Made by a program: the position numbers and the translations under genes
Shown: positions 1-10,145 of the stretch, one piece after another
Layout: each line of letters opens with the position of its first letter
Position numbering within the stretch: the stretch's first letter is position 1
Notes under the pieces: generated by a model
The model's input: only the letters and a program-made list of their open reading frames with translations
Databases searched by the model: none
Told to the model about the DNA's origin: nothing
DNA from: Acidimicrobiia bacterium
Lineage (GTDB): Bacteria > Actinomycetota > Acidimicrobiia > Spongiisociales > ZC4RG35
Assembly: GCA_965203555.1 (NCBI GenBank)
Contig: CBDBCY010000004.1
Coordinates: forward strand, 2,176,001 to 2,240,000
DNA: 64,000 nucleotides
Direction of reading: 5' to 3'

Positions 1-635
1 TGGCCCGCGTGAACGTCCTTGAGGACGCCCAGGCGAAGGACATCGTGGAGCGGGCCGAGCGGGAACTTGGCGGCCTGGATCTGCTGGTTACGGTCGTCGG
101 TCAAGCCTCCTTCAATCCGGTCCTCGACATGACGCCTGAGCAGTGGGATCGCGATCACCGCATGAACCTCCGCTACTTCTTTTCACCGCCAGGGAGGTCG
201 CCCGATCGCTCATCGCTCGCGGCAAGCCCGGAGGCATTGTCTGCGTCTCCTCGGTGGGCCGGCCTGCAGTCGACCCCCAATCACGCCTCCTATGGCGCGG
301 CCAAAGCCGGGCTTATCAATCTGGTGCGCAGCATGGCCGTCGAGTGGGCGCTCCACAACATCAGGGTCAATGCCATAGCTCCTGGCAGCATCATCACTCC
401 ACGCATCCCGGCGACTCCGGAAAGGGAGGAGCGCACCCGGCGAGGGCTCATTCCCACCAAACGCCTGGGCACGGCGGATGAGGTCGGCAAGGCTGCACTC
501 TTCCTGCTCTCCGACCTGGCGAGCTACGTCACAGGACATACCCTGGTCGTTGACGGAGGCTGGATGGCTGCCTACCTCCTTGGTATTCCAGCGGTTCCCT
601 CAGCGGGCTTCCTCGACGTCACCACTGGCGGCTAG
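1..635 (-). other. No minus-strand gene supported here (antisense shadow of the SDR)
   Basis: Short antisense ORFs 210..539 and 290..490 lack motifs; the real gene is on the + strand (next entry). Confidence 0.1.
1..635 (+). CDS. SDR family oxidoreductase, 5'-truncated at window edge, with two compensating frameshifts (~180 and ~257)
   Basis: YGAAK (YxxxK) catalytic motif, IRVNAIAPG and YVTGHTLVVDGG C-terminus. The typical segment FTAREVARSLIARGKPGGIVCVSSV is in another frame (ORF 143..481). Confidence 0.85.
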   Translation, partial: ARVNVLEDAQAKDIVERAERELGGLDLLVTVVGQASFNPVLDMTPEQWDRDHRMNLRYFFSPPGRSPDRSSLAASPEALSASPRWAGLQSTPNHASYGAAKAGLINLVRSMAVEWALHNIRVNAIAPGSIITPRIPATPEREERTRRGLIPTKRLGTADEVGKAALFLLSDLASYVTGHTLVVDGGWMAAYLLGIPAVPSAGFLDVTTGG

Positions 636-704
636 CGTCAGGTCTGTTCCGCTCTGCTCTTTCCTGCCGAAAGTGGTCGGGTTTCACGCCTCTTCGATAT
701 GTCC

Positions 705-2576
705 TCAGGATGCCACATCAGCGGCCAGGTGATCTCCGTCGACCGCCACACCCAAACTTTCTATTCCCGTTCCTTGAACTAGTCCTGCCCGGTGGGTGCC
801 CTTGAGACCTGCAGAGGTTTCCCAGGTACGTATAAGGTCGGCGAACGGACCGTCATGGCCGGCCAGGTCCTGGTAGCTGCCGTCTTCCACTACATGGCCG
901 GCTTCCATGACCAGTACCCGGTCGGCGCGGCGGGCCGTCTGGAGGCGGTGAGCCACCACTATGGAGGTGCGGCCGGCCAGAAGAGTTTCCAGGGCCGTCT
1001 CGACTTGATTCTCCGTTTCCGGATCAAGGTTTGAGGTTGCTTCGTCCAAGATGACGATCGGCGGATTCACGACCAGCGCCCGGGTCAAGGCCACCAATTG
1101 TCGCTCTCCCGACGAGAGCCGGTTCCCCCGTTCCCGCATGGGTGTGTCCAGGCCTTCGGGGAGGCTGTCCACCCACTCGGAGATCCCGGCCGCCCGGCAG
1201 GCTTCCCACAACTTGTCGTCACTGATCTCCTCCTTTCCGAAACCCAGATTGAAACGCAGTGAATCTTCGAACAGGAAGCCTTCCTGGGGGACCAGGGCAA
1301 CCGATCGACGCAGGTCCGCAAAGCTGAGATCGCGAAGATCGATGCCGTCGAGAGTGATCGAGCCGGCCTGTGGATCGTGGAAGCGGGTGAGCAATTTGAC
1401 CAGGGTGCTCTTGCCCGATCCGGTGGCGCCGACCACCGCTACCCGCTGGCCGGTGGGGATCTGCAGGTCCATGTTGGTGATGATCTGTTCTCCGGGTTCG
1501 TAGCCGAACGTCACCTGGTGCAGGTCGATGTTTCCCTCCACCGGTGCGGAAAGGCGCCGGGGTTCGGTCGCCTCCTCAATGGCGGGCTGTTCATCGGCCA
1601 GTCCATACAGCTTGTAGAGGGCGGCTAGGGCGCCCTGCAGAAGGTTGTACACGTTGGCCAGTTGCACGATGGGCTCGAAGAACCAGTTGAGGTACAGCAG
1701 AAAGGCGATCAGCGACCCCAGCGTCATCTCTCCGTCGAGGACCCGGTTTCCTCCGATGAACAGGACCATCGCCAATCCTATGGCCCGCAGAACGTCCACT
1801 CTGGGAAAGTAGTTGACCACCGTCTTGGCGGCGTTCATGGCCTTTTGGTAGTACACCCTGTCTATGTCGGAGAATCGCTCTTCCTGCCGTTGTTCCTGCG
1901 CGTTGGCTTGAACTTCGCGAACCCCTGAGATGTTCTCCGACAGGGCGGCCAGCACCTTGGCGATCTGCCCCCGCCACTGCCGGTAGGCCTTCGCCGAATC
2001 ACGCCCGAAGCGGTAGGAAGCGAACAGGAGAAAAGGCATGAGCAGCATCACCAGGCCGGCCAGGAAGGGATCGACCACGAACAGGGCCACCGACACTCCC
2101 ACCACCATCAGGGTGCTGCCCACCACCGCCAAGGCGCCCTCGGAGGCAAAGATCTGCAGGGACTCGATATCGGAGGTAAGCCGGGAAACCAGCACTCCCG
2201 TCTTGGTCCTTCCGAAGAAGGCCATGTCCATTCTCAGCACATGAGCGTAGATCCTGGTGCGAAGATCCATCATGAACCTCTCGCCCATCCAGGCCACGGT
2301 GTAGAGCGTGATCCGAGTGGAGACGTACTGGGCAACCATTATCCCGGCGAACACCAGTGCCGCGGTGGTGATCACTGAAGTGTTCTGGGGGATGATCCCC
2401 CCGTCTACTCCTTCGCGGATCACCAGTGGTCCCGCCACTCGTGACAGTGTTGACACCAGGGCGGCCACCGCCGCTCCCGCGGCCGGCCAGGCCATGTAAC
2501 GGGCCGACCGCGCCGCCCGGCGGAGGAGGTTCAACCGGTCGGGGATGGGGTCGTCTGTTCCGTAGCGAGCGTACAT
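705..2576 (-). CDS. ABC exporter ATP-binding/permease subunit (heterodimer partner with catalytic Walker B Glu)
   Basis: TM domain plus GATGSGKST, LSSGERQ, ILDEAT, VAHR. Start reassigned to ATG at 2576, which overlaps the upstream stop (TAATG). Confidence 0.92.
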   Translation of the reverse strand: MYARYGTDDPIPDRLNLLRRAARSARYMAWPAAGAAVAALVSTLSRVAGPLVIREGVDGGIIPQNTSVITTAALVFAGIMVAQYVSTRITLYTVAWMGERFMMDLRTRIYAHVLRMDMAFFGRTKTGVLVSRLTSDIESLQIFASEGALAVVGSTLMVVGVSVALFVVDPFLAGLVMLLMPFLLFASYRFGRDSAKAYRQWRGQIAKVLAALSENISGVREVQANAQEQRQEERFSDIDRVYYQKAMNAAKTVVNYFPRVDVLRAIGLAMVLFIGGNRVLDGEMTLGSLIAFLLYLNWFFEPIVQLANVYNLLQGALAALYKLYGLADEQPAIEEATEPRRLSAPVEGNIDLHQVTFGYEPGEQIITNMDLQIPTGQRVAVVGATGSGKSTLVKLLTRFHDPQAGSITLDGIDLRDLSFADLRRSVALVPQEGFLFEDSLRFNLGFGKEEISDDKLWEACRAAGISEWVDSLPEGLDTPMRERGNRLSSGERQLVALTRALVVNPPIVILDEATSNLDPETENQVETALETLLAGRTSIVVAHRLQTARRADRVLVMEAGHVVEDGSYQDLAGHDGPFADLIRTWETSAGLKGTHRAGLVQGTGIESLGVAVDGDHLAADVAS

Positions 2577-4327
2577 TATGGGTGAACCGGACTCGCTTCG
2601 GCCAGCAGTTCCCGGTAGCGGGGGACGGTGTCCCACAGTTGCTGGTGTTCGCCGAACGCCAGCACCCTTCCGCCCTCCAGGACAATGATCCGGTCGGCCA
2701 ATAGCAGGGTCGAAGTGCGATGTGCGATCACGATAGTGGTTCTGTGTTGCATCGCCTCGATCAACTCGGCGTGAATGTGAGCTTCTGTAATGGCGTCCAC
2801 CGCCGAAGTGGCGTCGTCGAGGATGAGGATGCGGGGATTTCCGACGATTGCTCTCGCCAGGGCCACCCGCTGACGCTGGCCCCCCGACAGGCTCAAACCC
2901 CTTTCGCCCACCACCGTGTCGTAGCCGTCCGGAAGGCCCTGTATGAATTCGTGAGCGTCGGCGATCCGGGCGGCGGCCACTATCCGGGAACGGTCGGCGT
3001 CGGGAGCGCCGAACGCGATGTTCTCCGCCACCGTGGCCGAGAACAGGAACGGTTCTTCGAAGGCGACGGCCACTTCCCGGCGCAATTCCGCCATGTCGAG
3101 AGCCCGGACATCCATCCCGTCGATCGACACGGCGCCCTCCTGGGGGTCGTAGAAGCGGGGGATCAGGTGGGCCAGGGTGGTCTTGCCGCATCCGGTGGCG
3201 CCGAACAGTGCCACACTGCTGCCCGCCGGGATGACCAGGTCGAGATCACCCAGCACCTTTTGTCCGTCGTAGGCGAAGGAGACCCCGTCGAATCGGATCT
3301 CTCCACCTCCCGGCGCCAAGCGAGTGGGGCGGTCGGGTCCCATGATGGATGGGGTGGTTTGCAGTAGCTCCACTATCCGGGCGCCGGCGGCCGAGCACCG
3401 GGGGAGTTCCGCGAAGAACCAGCCGGTCATGCGGATGGGGAAGGCGAGCACCACCAGGTACTGGGTGAACGCCACCAGGTCGCCGATGGTCATGTCGCCG
3501 TTCGCCACCCTGATCCCGCCCAGCCACAGGGCTGCCAGAGTAATTAGGGTGGGTATCAATTCGTACCAGGGCAGATAGAGCGATCGGAAGCGCGCCAGTC
3601 TCATCGACTTGGAAAAGATGTCAGCAGCGACCTGCTGGGCCCTTCGGGCTTCTCGCTCCTCCCTGCCGAATGCCTTCGTGACCGCGATTCCCGAGATACC
3701 CTCCTGGGCGAGTCTGCTCATCTCCGCCAGCGCCTGCTGCACTTCAAAGGAGATACCGGTGGTCTTTCGAGCGTACAGGATGGCAAATCCGACCATGACC
3801 GGCAGGGCCAATGCGGCCACCATGCCCATCACCGGATCCAGGACGAAGGCCATGACCACCACCATGGCCACGGTGATGATGTTGGCCAGGGTGATCGGCA
3901 GGATCATGTACACCAACCGAACCTGGGTGAGATCGGTGGAGGCGCGGGCCATCAGCGATCCTGCCGAGGAATGGTCGTAGAAGTCGAATCCCAGCCTCTG
4001 GATGGTGGAGAAGATTCGACCCCGCAGATCTATCTCATATCGGTAAGCCAGCTTGAAGGCGTACCAGCGCCGCCACGCGATGCTGGCCGCCCTCATCAGC
4101 CCGGCCAGCAACACGATCAACACCAGGGGAACGAGCAGGTTGGTTTGCCCCGCCTCGATTGCGTTGTCCACCACCAGCTTCTGCAGGTAGGGGTTCACAA
4201 CGGTGACCGCCATCCACACCAGCGCCGCCAGGATGGAGAAGATCACCAGGCGCGGGTAACGGAGAAACCCTGAAATGATCAGCCGCAGCCCCTTCCACAG
4301 ATCCGACCAGTCCCTGCGATTGTCCAT
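2576..4327 (-). CDS. ABC exporter ATP-binding/permease subunit (degenerate Walker B)
   Basis: 6-TM domain plus GATGCGKTT, LSGGQRQR, ILILDDAT (E replaced by D), IAHR. Confidence 0.93.
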   Translation of the reverse strand: MDNRRDWSDLWKGLRLIISGFLRYPRLVIFSILAALVWMAVTVVNPYLQKLVVDNAIEAGQTNLLVPLVLIVLLAGLMRAASIAWRRWYAFKLAYRYEIDLRGRIFSTIQRLGFDFYDHSSAGSLMARASTDLTQVRLVYMILPITLANIITVAMVVVMAFVLDPVMGMVAALALPVMVGFAILYARKTTGISFEVQQALAEMSRLAQEGISGIAVTKAFGREEREARRAQQVAADIFSKSMRLARFRSLYLPWYELIPTLITLAALWLGGIRVANGDMTIGDLVAFTQYLVVLAFPIRMTGWFFAELPRCSAAGARIVELLQTTPSIMGPDRPTRLAPGGGEIRFDGVSFAYDGQKVLGDLDLVIPAGSSVALFGATGCGKTTLAHLIPRFYDPQEGAVSIDGMDVRALDMAELRREVAVAFEEPFLFSATVAENIAFGAPDADRSRIVAAARIADAHEFIQGLPDGYDTVVGERGLSLSGGQRQRVALARAIVGNPRILILDDATSAVDAITEAHIHAELIEAMQHRTTIVIAHRTSTLLLADRIIVLEGGRVLAFGEHQQLWDTVPRYRELLAEASPVHP

Positions 4328-4401
4328 CAGAGGGAGGCTAATGGGCGATGCCGGCCCGGTTCCACGGGATTGGAGGCGCCGCCCATGGCGGACTCAAGGG
4401 A

Positions 4402-6984
4402 TCAGGAGGCCAGGCGGAAGCTCACCGTGCTGTCCTCCGCGTATGCATCTATCACCGAGTCCTGGGGCCATCGGGACTCAAGCAGCCTGATGGCCAACGG
4501 GTCGGCCAGCCGGCGCTGGATCACCCTTTTGAGCGGTCGTGCACCATATGCCGGGTCGTACCCTTCCTCGGCCAGGATGTCCTTGACCTCGTCGGAGACC
4601 CGAAGTCGGAGGCCGCGTCCGGCCAGCCGGCGGCCCAGGCGACGCAACTGGAGGTCGACGATCTTCGCCAAGTCCGTGCGGCTGAGCCGCCCGAAGACGA
4701 CGATGTCGTCGACCCGGTTCAGGAATTCGGGGCGGAAGTGGCTACGCACCGCTCCCATCACCCGGCTTTCGATCACTTCGGTCGGGAGGCTGGGATCGAT
4801 CAACTCGGACCCCAGGTTGGAGGTCATGATCAGCACCGAGTTGGTGAAGTCAACCGTGCGGCCCTGACCGTCGGTGAGGCGACCGTCGTCCAGCAATTGC
4901 AGCAAGGTATTGAAGATCTCCGGATGAGCCTTCTCCACCTCGTCCAGCAGGATCACCGTGTAGGGGCGCCTTCTGACCACTTCGGTCAGTTGACCCCCCT
5001 GGTCGTACCCGATGTAGCCGGGGGGAGCACCGATCAGGCGGCTCACCGAGTGCTTTTCGGAGTACTCGGACATGTCGATGCGCACCATGGCCCGCTCGTC
5101 GTCGAAGAGGAAGTCAGCCAGGGTGCGGGCCAACTCCGTCTTGCCCACCCCGGTAGGTCCCAGAAAGAGAAAGGACCCGACCGGACGGTTCGGATCGGAC
5201 AGACCGGAACGGCTTCGCCTGATGGCGTTGGAGATGGCCTGCACCGCACGGTGCTGTCCCACCACCCGGGTGTGGAGATGGGTCTCCAGGTTGAGGAGCT
5301 TGGCAACCTCCCCCTCCAGCATCCGAGCCACCGGCACCCCCGTCCAGTGGGAGACCACCTGGGCAATGTCCTCTCCGGTCACCTCTTCCGACAGCATGCG
5401 GCCCGACGCGGCCAGCTTCTCCAGGTCCTCTTCCTTGCTGGTCAGCTCGGTCTCGAGGCCGACCAGCACTCCGTAGCGGAGTTCGGCGGCCCGGTGCAGA
5501 TCACCGCGCCGCTCGGCCACCTCCGTCTCGGCCCGGGCGCTTTCGATCTGCTCCCTTATGGTGTGAATGGAGGTGATGGCATCCTTCTCCTGCTGCCAAC
5601 GGGCCGTGAGTCCGCGCAGGTCTTCTCTGATGTCGGCCAGCTTCTGCTCCAGTTTCCGAAGGCGGGCCTTCGCCTTCTTGTCGGATTCCATCTTGAGGGC
5701 TTCCCGCTCAATTTCCAGCCGGGTAACCAGGCGGGCTAGCTTGTCGATCTCCTCGGGCATCGAGTCGATCTCGATCCGAAGCCGCGAGGCGGCCTCGTCG
5801 ATGAGGTCGATGGCTTTGTCGGGGAGGTGACGTCCGGTGATGTAGCGGTCCGAAAGGGTGGCCGCCGCCACCAGCGCCGAATCGGTGATCCGCACTCCGT
5901 GATGCACTTCATAGCGCTCCTTCAGTCCTCTCAGGATGGCCACCGCGTCGGTGACCGAGGGAGCGGACACCCAGATAGGTTGGAAACGTCGCTCCAAGGC
6001 GGCGTCCTTTTCGATGTGCTGGCGGTGCTCGTCGGTGGTGGTGGCGCCGATCATGTGAAGTTCGCCCCGGGCCAGCATCGGCTTGAGCAGGTTGGAAGCA
6101 TCCATGGCCCCCTCGGCGGCGCCGGCGCCCACGATGGTGTGCATCTCGTCGATGAAGGTGATTATCTCGCCGTCGGCGGCGGTGATCTCGGTGAGCACTG
6201 CCTTGAGTCGCTCTTCGAATTCACCGCGGTACTTGGCGCCTGCCACCATCGCTCCCATGTCCAGCGCCACGATGCGCTTGGTCTTGAGGCCTTCGGGAAC
6301 GTCACCGTCGGCAATCCGTCGGGCCAGCCCTTCCACGATGGCAGTCTTGCCCACTCCCGGATCACCGATCAGTACCGGATTGTTCTTGGTGCGGCGCGAA
6401 AGGACCTGTATGACCCGGCGGATCTCGTCGTCCCGTCCGATCACCGGGTCGAGCTTCTGGCGGTGGGCCAAGCCGGTGAGATCCCGACCGAAGCGCTCCA
6501 ACGCTCCGAAGGTGGCGTCAGGATCTTCTGTGGTGATGCGATGCGCTCCCCGCAGCTTGGCAAGGGCTTCGAGGATGTCATGGCGGGTGATGCCGTGACG
6601 ACGAAGCAGATCTCCCACCCTGCCTTTGGTGTCTATCAGCGCCAGCAGCAGATGCTCCACCGACAGATAGTCGTCTTTGAACTCGGTTCTTACCCGATCG
6701 GCTGCCTTGAGGACCTTGGAGAATTCCCGGCTCGCCACCGGGTCGGTCCCTCCATAGGCACTGGGCAGTTCTTCCAGAAGTTCCTCGGTCTCCGCTCTCA
6801 GCACGGCAGGCTGGGCCCCGACCGAATCAAGCAGGGGCAGCATGAGACCCTCCGCCTGACTCAACAGCGCGGCCAGGAGGTGGGCAGGAGTGATCTCGGG
6901 ATGCCGCATACGGGCTCCGATACCCTCGGCATCGATGATCGCTTGGCGGCTCTTGGCGGTGAGACGTTCAAACATCTCCGGCAT
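4402..6984 (-). CDS. clpB: ATP-dependent chaperone ClpB
   Basis: Clp N domain, NBD1 GDPGVGKT, coiled-coil middle domain ([14 protein letters not shown]), NBD2 [15 protein letters not shown]. Start could be 6975, 6984 or 7005. Confidence 0.97.
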   Translation of the reverse strand: MPEMFERLTAKSRQAIIDAEGIGARMRHPEITPAHLLAALLSQAEGLMLPLLDSVGAQPAVLRAETEELLEELPSAYGGTDPVASREFSKVLKAADRVRTEFKDDYLSVEHLLLALIDTKGRVGDLLRRHGITRHDILEALAKLRGAHRITTEDPDATFGALERFGRDLTGLAHRQKLDPVIGRDDEIRRVIQVLSRRTKNNPVLIGDPGVGKTAIVEGLARRIADGDVPEGLKTKRIVALDMGAMVAGAKYRGEFEERLKAVLTEITAADGEIITFIDEMHTIVGAGAAEGAMDASNLLKPMLARGELHMIGATTTDEHRQHIEKDAALERRFQPIWVSAPSVTDAVAILRGLKERYEVHHGVRITDSALVAAATLSDRYITGRHLPDKAIDLIDEAASRLRIEIDSMPEEIDKLARLVTRLEIEREALKMESDKKAKARLRKLEQKLADIREDLRGLTARWQQEKDAITSIHTIREQIESARAETEVAERRGDLHRAAELRYGVLVGLETELTSKEEDLEKLAASGRMLSEEVTGEDIAQVVSHWTGVPVARMLEGEVAKLLNLETHLHTRVVGQHRAVQAISNAIRRSRSGLSDPNRPVGSFLFLGPTGVGKTELARTLADFLFDDERAMVRIDMSEYSEKHSVSRLIGAPPGYIGYDQGGQLTEVVRRRPYTVILLDEVEKAHPEIFNTLLQLLDDGRLTDGQGRTVDFTNSVLIMTSNLGSELIDPSLPTEVIESRVMGAVRSHFRPEFLNRVDDIVVFGRLSRTDLAKIVDLQLRRLGRRLAGRGLRLRVSDEVKDILAEEGYDPAYGARPLKRVIQRRLADPLAIRLLESRWPQDSVIDAYAEDSTVSFRLAS

Positions 6985-7010
6985 GTGAATGTTGTCCCTT
7001 TCCATATCAG

Positions 7011-7036
7011 AAAATCTTAGTCTATCTATATCAACT
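7011..7036. promoter_or_regulatory. Possible HAIR-like (HspR) operator upstream of clpB
   Basis: AAAATCTTAGT-CTATCTA-TATCAACT is an imperfect match to CTTGAGT-N7-ACTCAAG, in an AT-rich patch just upstream of clpB, a known HspR target in actinobacteria. Confidence 0.45.
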
Positions 7037-7089
7037 GCTCGGTAAGGCCAGGTATTCCAACGATTCAGGCGCGTCCTCCCCGAATGCGG

Positions 7090-7478
7090 TCAGGGGGATC
7101 GGACCACCCGGAGGTCCGGTATTCGGATGAAGGCTTTATCCCGCGAAGCAAGGGGGCACCCCAGCATGATGGCCGTTGCCCCAATCCAGGCATCGGCCAT
7201 CTGCATGCTCCCTCCCCTGGATCGCATTGTGCTGCGTAGCCGGGAACAGGTCTCTATGAGTTGGGGACTTGCCAGATCACAGCGTAATCATCCAAGTGTC
7301 TTGCCAGTTCGTTCCTGCGCCTCGCGCCCCACTTCTTCCAGTACGCGCCATACCAAAGTTCCTCCAGTGTTTGGAATGAGATGATTGCCCGTTGACCCTC
7401 GATGTGTCTTCTGAAATACCTACCGGTGTTGTCTCCATTGAAGATGTGTGACACAACGTTGGTATCCAGGACGATCAA
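7090..7478 (-). pseudogene. vapC: PIN-domain (VapC) toxin with a 1-nt frameshift near 7272
   Basis: N-terminus MIVLDTNVVS...QTLEEL. A second frame continues SPQLIETCSRLRSTMRSRGGSMQMADAWIGATAIMLGCPLASRDKAFIRIPDLRVVRSP to TGA at 7090-7092. Confidence 0.8.
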
Positions 7479-8332
7479 TCGCTGGGTTCCTCTTGCTCCA
7501 CATCCCGCCCTTGGTGAATGGTGCGCATAAAGTCATCGACATCAAATGGCTCGCTGGCGGTGACGACCTTGTCCGGATCGAAGGTCTTGGGGTTCGGGTC
7601 ATTCAGGAATGCTTCAAGATCGAAGGGTTGATGGTGCGATCGGGTTGCGGTTACCCGGTCTACCACAACCGTCTTCCAATCACCATGGGGGTCGAACCGA
7701 CCGCTGCCCCTCACCTCCACATAGTCCGTCGCCAGCAGTCGCATCGTCTGATCCATCTCTTGATCGAACCGCAGCCGGACGATTTCGCCTGCATGGCTAT
7801 GCAACTGCGCCGTATGTCTCTCCCAGTTCACCTCTTTGAGCCATCCCTGCAACAGGGCCGGGTGGTTATCTGGGGAAGGCTTCGCAATCCGGCGTCTTTG
7901 CCCGATCTCGACTCTTCTACGGTCGGTTCCGGTGCCCAGCCAGACGCGAGTCGTTGGTGACAGAGCAGATGAAATCGCGAAGAGTTTGTCAGTTACCACT
8001 CCCGGCAGAGTGGAGTTCTCGGCGCCGTCCCAATTCAGAAGGGCCTCAAGCGCCGCCGGCCCATGACCGGCTTCGCCGAAGATGTCCCCGGTGGGTGATT
8101 GCAATGACAATTCGACCACGAAAGACCCGGCGGCTGTGGAGATGAGTCGCAGATCGCTCTGGTCGTGAACCCAGTTGGGGAATCTCCCGGTCCTTTGTCG
8201 ATAACCGCCCAGATGACCAACCAGGTGCTGCATGGCAACCTGGATCCCCTTCAGGGTGTCGGTGAAGCTGCGAACCGACACACCATTTTGGCTGATCTCC
8301 GGCCCCTCGAAGGTTACGGTAAGTGGGTCCGT
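7475..8332 (-). CDS. Hypothetical protein coupled to the PIN gene; putative large antitoxin-like partner
   Basis: 268-aa ORF from GTG 8281, open upstream to ACG at 8332 after an AAGGGGG SD. 4-nt overlap with vapC. Acidic C-terminal tail PFDLEAFL...PFDVDDFM. Confidence 0.7.
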   Translation of the reverse strand, partial: TDPLTVTFEGPEISQNGVSVRSFTDTLKGIQVAMQHLVGHLGGYRQRTGRFPNWVHDQSDLRLISTAAGSFVVELSLQSPTGDIFGEAGHGPAALEALLNWDGAENSTLPGVVTDKLFAISSALSPTTRVWLGTGTDRRRVEIGQRRRIAKPSPDNHPALLQGWLKEVNWERHTAQLHSHAGEIVRLRFDQEMDQTMRLLATDYVEVRGSGRFDPHGDWKTVVVDRVTATRSHHQPFDLEAFLNDPNPKTFDPDKVVTASEPFDVDDFMRTIHQGRDVEQEEPSD

Positions 8333-8370
8333 GGCTGTGATCCCCCTTGGGGTGGGTGTGCTGGGCGATT

Positions 8371-9189
8371 CTAGTGGGCGGTTCGCCGCTGTGGCCCCAG
8401 GTGGAGCTGATTCTTGGGAGAGCCCGGCTTGATGGTTGTCGCAGCTTGCGTGGTGGCACAGACTCTCAGCAGGAATTCAACGATCCAATCTCTGAGGAGA
8501 GCCGCGTCCGGGACCTTGGCGAGAGAGGCCAAACCGGTGTCGGCGGTGGCTTCGGGGATGCGGGTTCCGCGTCTTGATTCGATGATGGCTCTGAGGTAGG
8601 GAACAGGTATTTCGGGATGGCCTCCCACTCCCAGGAAATGGTGTCCCAGGGTGAACATGGAGACGGGGCAATGGCCGGTGGAGGCCAGCAATCGAGCCTC
8701 GGTGGGGAGTCTGGTGATCTGGTCCTGGTAGCTGACCACAACCTGGTAGGAGTCGTGTCGGGGGACCATCCAGTCGGCTCGCCCGGTGACCTTCGTCTCC
8801 GCCACGCCCACTCCCCAGCCCGCAGCTCCCAGGGTGACCTCCCCGTCCAGTGCGTGGGCGATCATCTGCGACCCGAAGCACACTCCCACATGGGGCGACT
8901 TCTCTTCGTGCATGCGGCGCACGAACCCTTCGAACCATTTGATCCATGGTTCGTCGTCGGTCACCGACCACTTGGAGCCGGTGGAGATCCAGCCGTCGCA
9001 TTCGCCGGGATGGTCGGGGTAGTCGCCGCTGAGAAGGTCGTAGGGACGCAACTGTATTTCCGAACGGCCCGAGAAAAGAGCGGTGAACATGTCCTGGTAG
9101 CTCCCAGCGATCGGGAGGAGCTCGGACAGGACGTGGTCGCACACCAAGAGTCCGATGCGCAATCTACGAGGGTTGGGTTCCGATGACAC
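8371..9189 (-). CDS. Type 1 glutamine amidotransferase (GMP-synthase-like, stand-alone)
   Basis: ISTGS, GVCFGSQ nucleophile elbow, GHPE catalytic His-Glu. Confidence 0.88.
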   Translation of the reverse strand: MSSEPNPRRLRIGLLVCDHVLSELLPIAGSYQDMFTALFSGRSEIQLRPYDLLSGDYPDHPGECDGWISTGSKWSVTDDEPWIKWFEGFVRRMHEEKSPHVGVCFGSQMIAHALDGEVTLGAAGWGVGVAETKVTGRADWMVPRHDSYQVVVSYQDQITRLPTEARLLASTGHCPVSMFTLGHHFLGVGGHPEIPVPYLRAIIESRRGTRIPEATADTGLASLAKVPDAALLRDWIVEFLLRVCATTQAATTIKPGSPKNQLHLGPQRRTAH

Positions 9190-9201
9190 CGGGGCGGGTG
9201 G

Positions 9202-10077
9202 TCACTCCGGGGTAGGAAGGGCCTGGTCGGCAGAGCCACTTCCCAAACCTTCGGGGAACCAAAGCGTCCGTTGCGGGAAGGGAATCACGATTCCCGCCTC
9301 GTCCAGGGCCTTCTTCATCGCCCGACCCGCCCGGTCTCTGACCGCCCACAGCGATTTGCGATCGGAGGGGTGCCAATAGCGCACGTGAAAGTCGATGGAA
9401 GAACTGTTGAATTCCACGAATTCGACGGTCGCCGGGGGTGGGATCTCCACTCCGGGAACGTTGTCGATCGCCTCCTGCAACACCTGTTGGGCATGGTCGA
9501 GGTCCGTGTCGTACGTCACTCCGACCACCAGCGTCGTCCGGCGAAGAGGCGTCTCGGTGAAGTTCACCATGGGGCTTTTCCACACCATGGCGTTGGGGAG
9601 GTACACACGGTCGCCGTCGAAAGTGTCCATGGCCACGGCGCGCAGGGTCATGTCCTTCACATCCCCCTGGTAGCCGTTGGATTCCATCTCGTCTCCCACT
9701 TTGATGGGTCGTCGCATCAGCATCAGCACCCCGGCGATGAAGTTTTCCAGAATGTCCTGGAAGGCGAAGGCAATTGCCAGACCGGCCAGGCCCAGGGCGC
9801 CGACCAGGGGCCCGACCTCCAATTTGAGTATGGTCAGGGAGAAGTACAGCCCAACCACAACCGACAGGTAGACGACCGTCTTTCCCAGGACGATGGCGGC
9901 GAAAGGGGTCACATGGGTTTTCGCCAGACCTCTGCTCAGGGCACGCCGTATCAGGCGACCGCAGATGAGGGCCACCACGATGACTATCACCGCCACGAGC
10001 CATTCGTACCATCCGACGTGGTCCACCAGTGCGGTTACATCATCGGTCGGCTCCTGGGCCAGAATCTCAAAAGGCAT
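9202..10077 (-). CDS. mscS: Small-conductance mechanosensitive channel (MscS family)
   Basis: GLAIAFAFQDILENFIAG, RPIKVGD, VYLPN, IPFPQRTL. Confidence 0.92.
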   Translation of the reverse strand: MPFEILAQEPTDDVTALVDHVGWYEWLVAVIVIVVALICGRLIRRALSRGLAKTHVTPFAAIVLGKTVVYLSVVVGLYFSLTILKLEVGPLVGALGLAGLAIAFAFQDILENFIAGVLMLMRRPIKVGDEMESNGYQGDVKDMTLRAVAMDTFDGDRVYLPNAMVWKSPMVNFTETPLRRTTLVVGVTYDTDLDHAQQVLQEAIDNVPGVEIPPPATVEFVEFNSSSIDFHVRYWHPSDRKSLWAVRDRAGRAMKKALDEAGIVIPFPQRTLWFPEGLGSGSADQALPTPE

Positions 10078-10145
10078 CAGCCCTTAGGCTAAAGCAAGGG
10101 ATTCAGATGGTGTGTCTTATCGGATGAAGTGGCCTGATCGAACTT

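Noticed and set aside
2577-3191. N-terminal 205 aa of the 828-aa ORF; likewise the extensions of ORFs 19812.., 13790.., 43021.. and 48703..50301
   Set aside because: These extensions overlap the upstream genes and have low-complexity Arg/Pro/Gly composition; better starts with coupling or SD exist downstream, so they are not real fusions.
4348-7020. Long + strand ORFs (463 and 397 aa) opposite clpB; similar ones opposite mmsA, zwf, the acylase, ctaD and the SBP
   Set aside because: Antisense or alternate-frame shadows expected from high-GC codon bias; no motifs, and they fully overlap well-supported genes.
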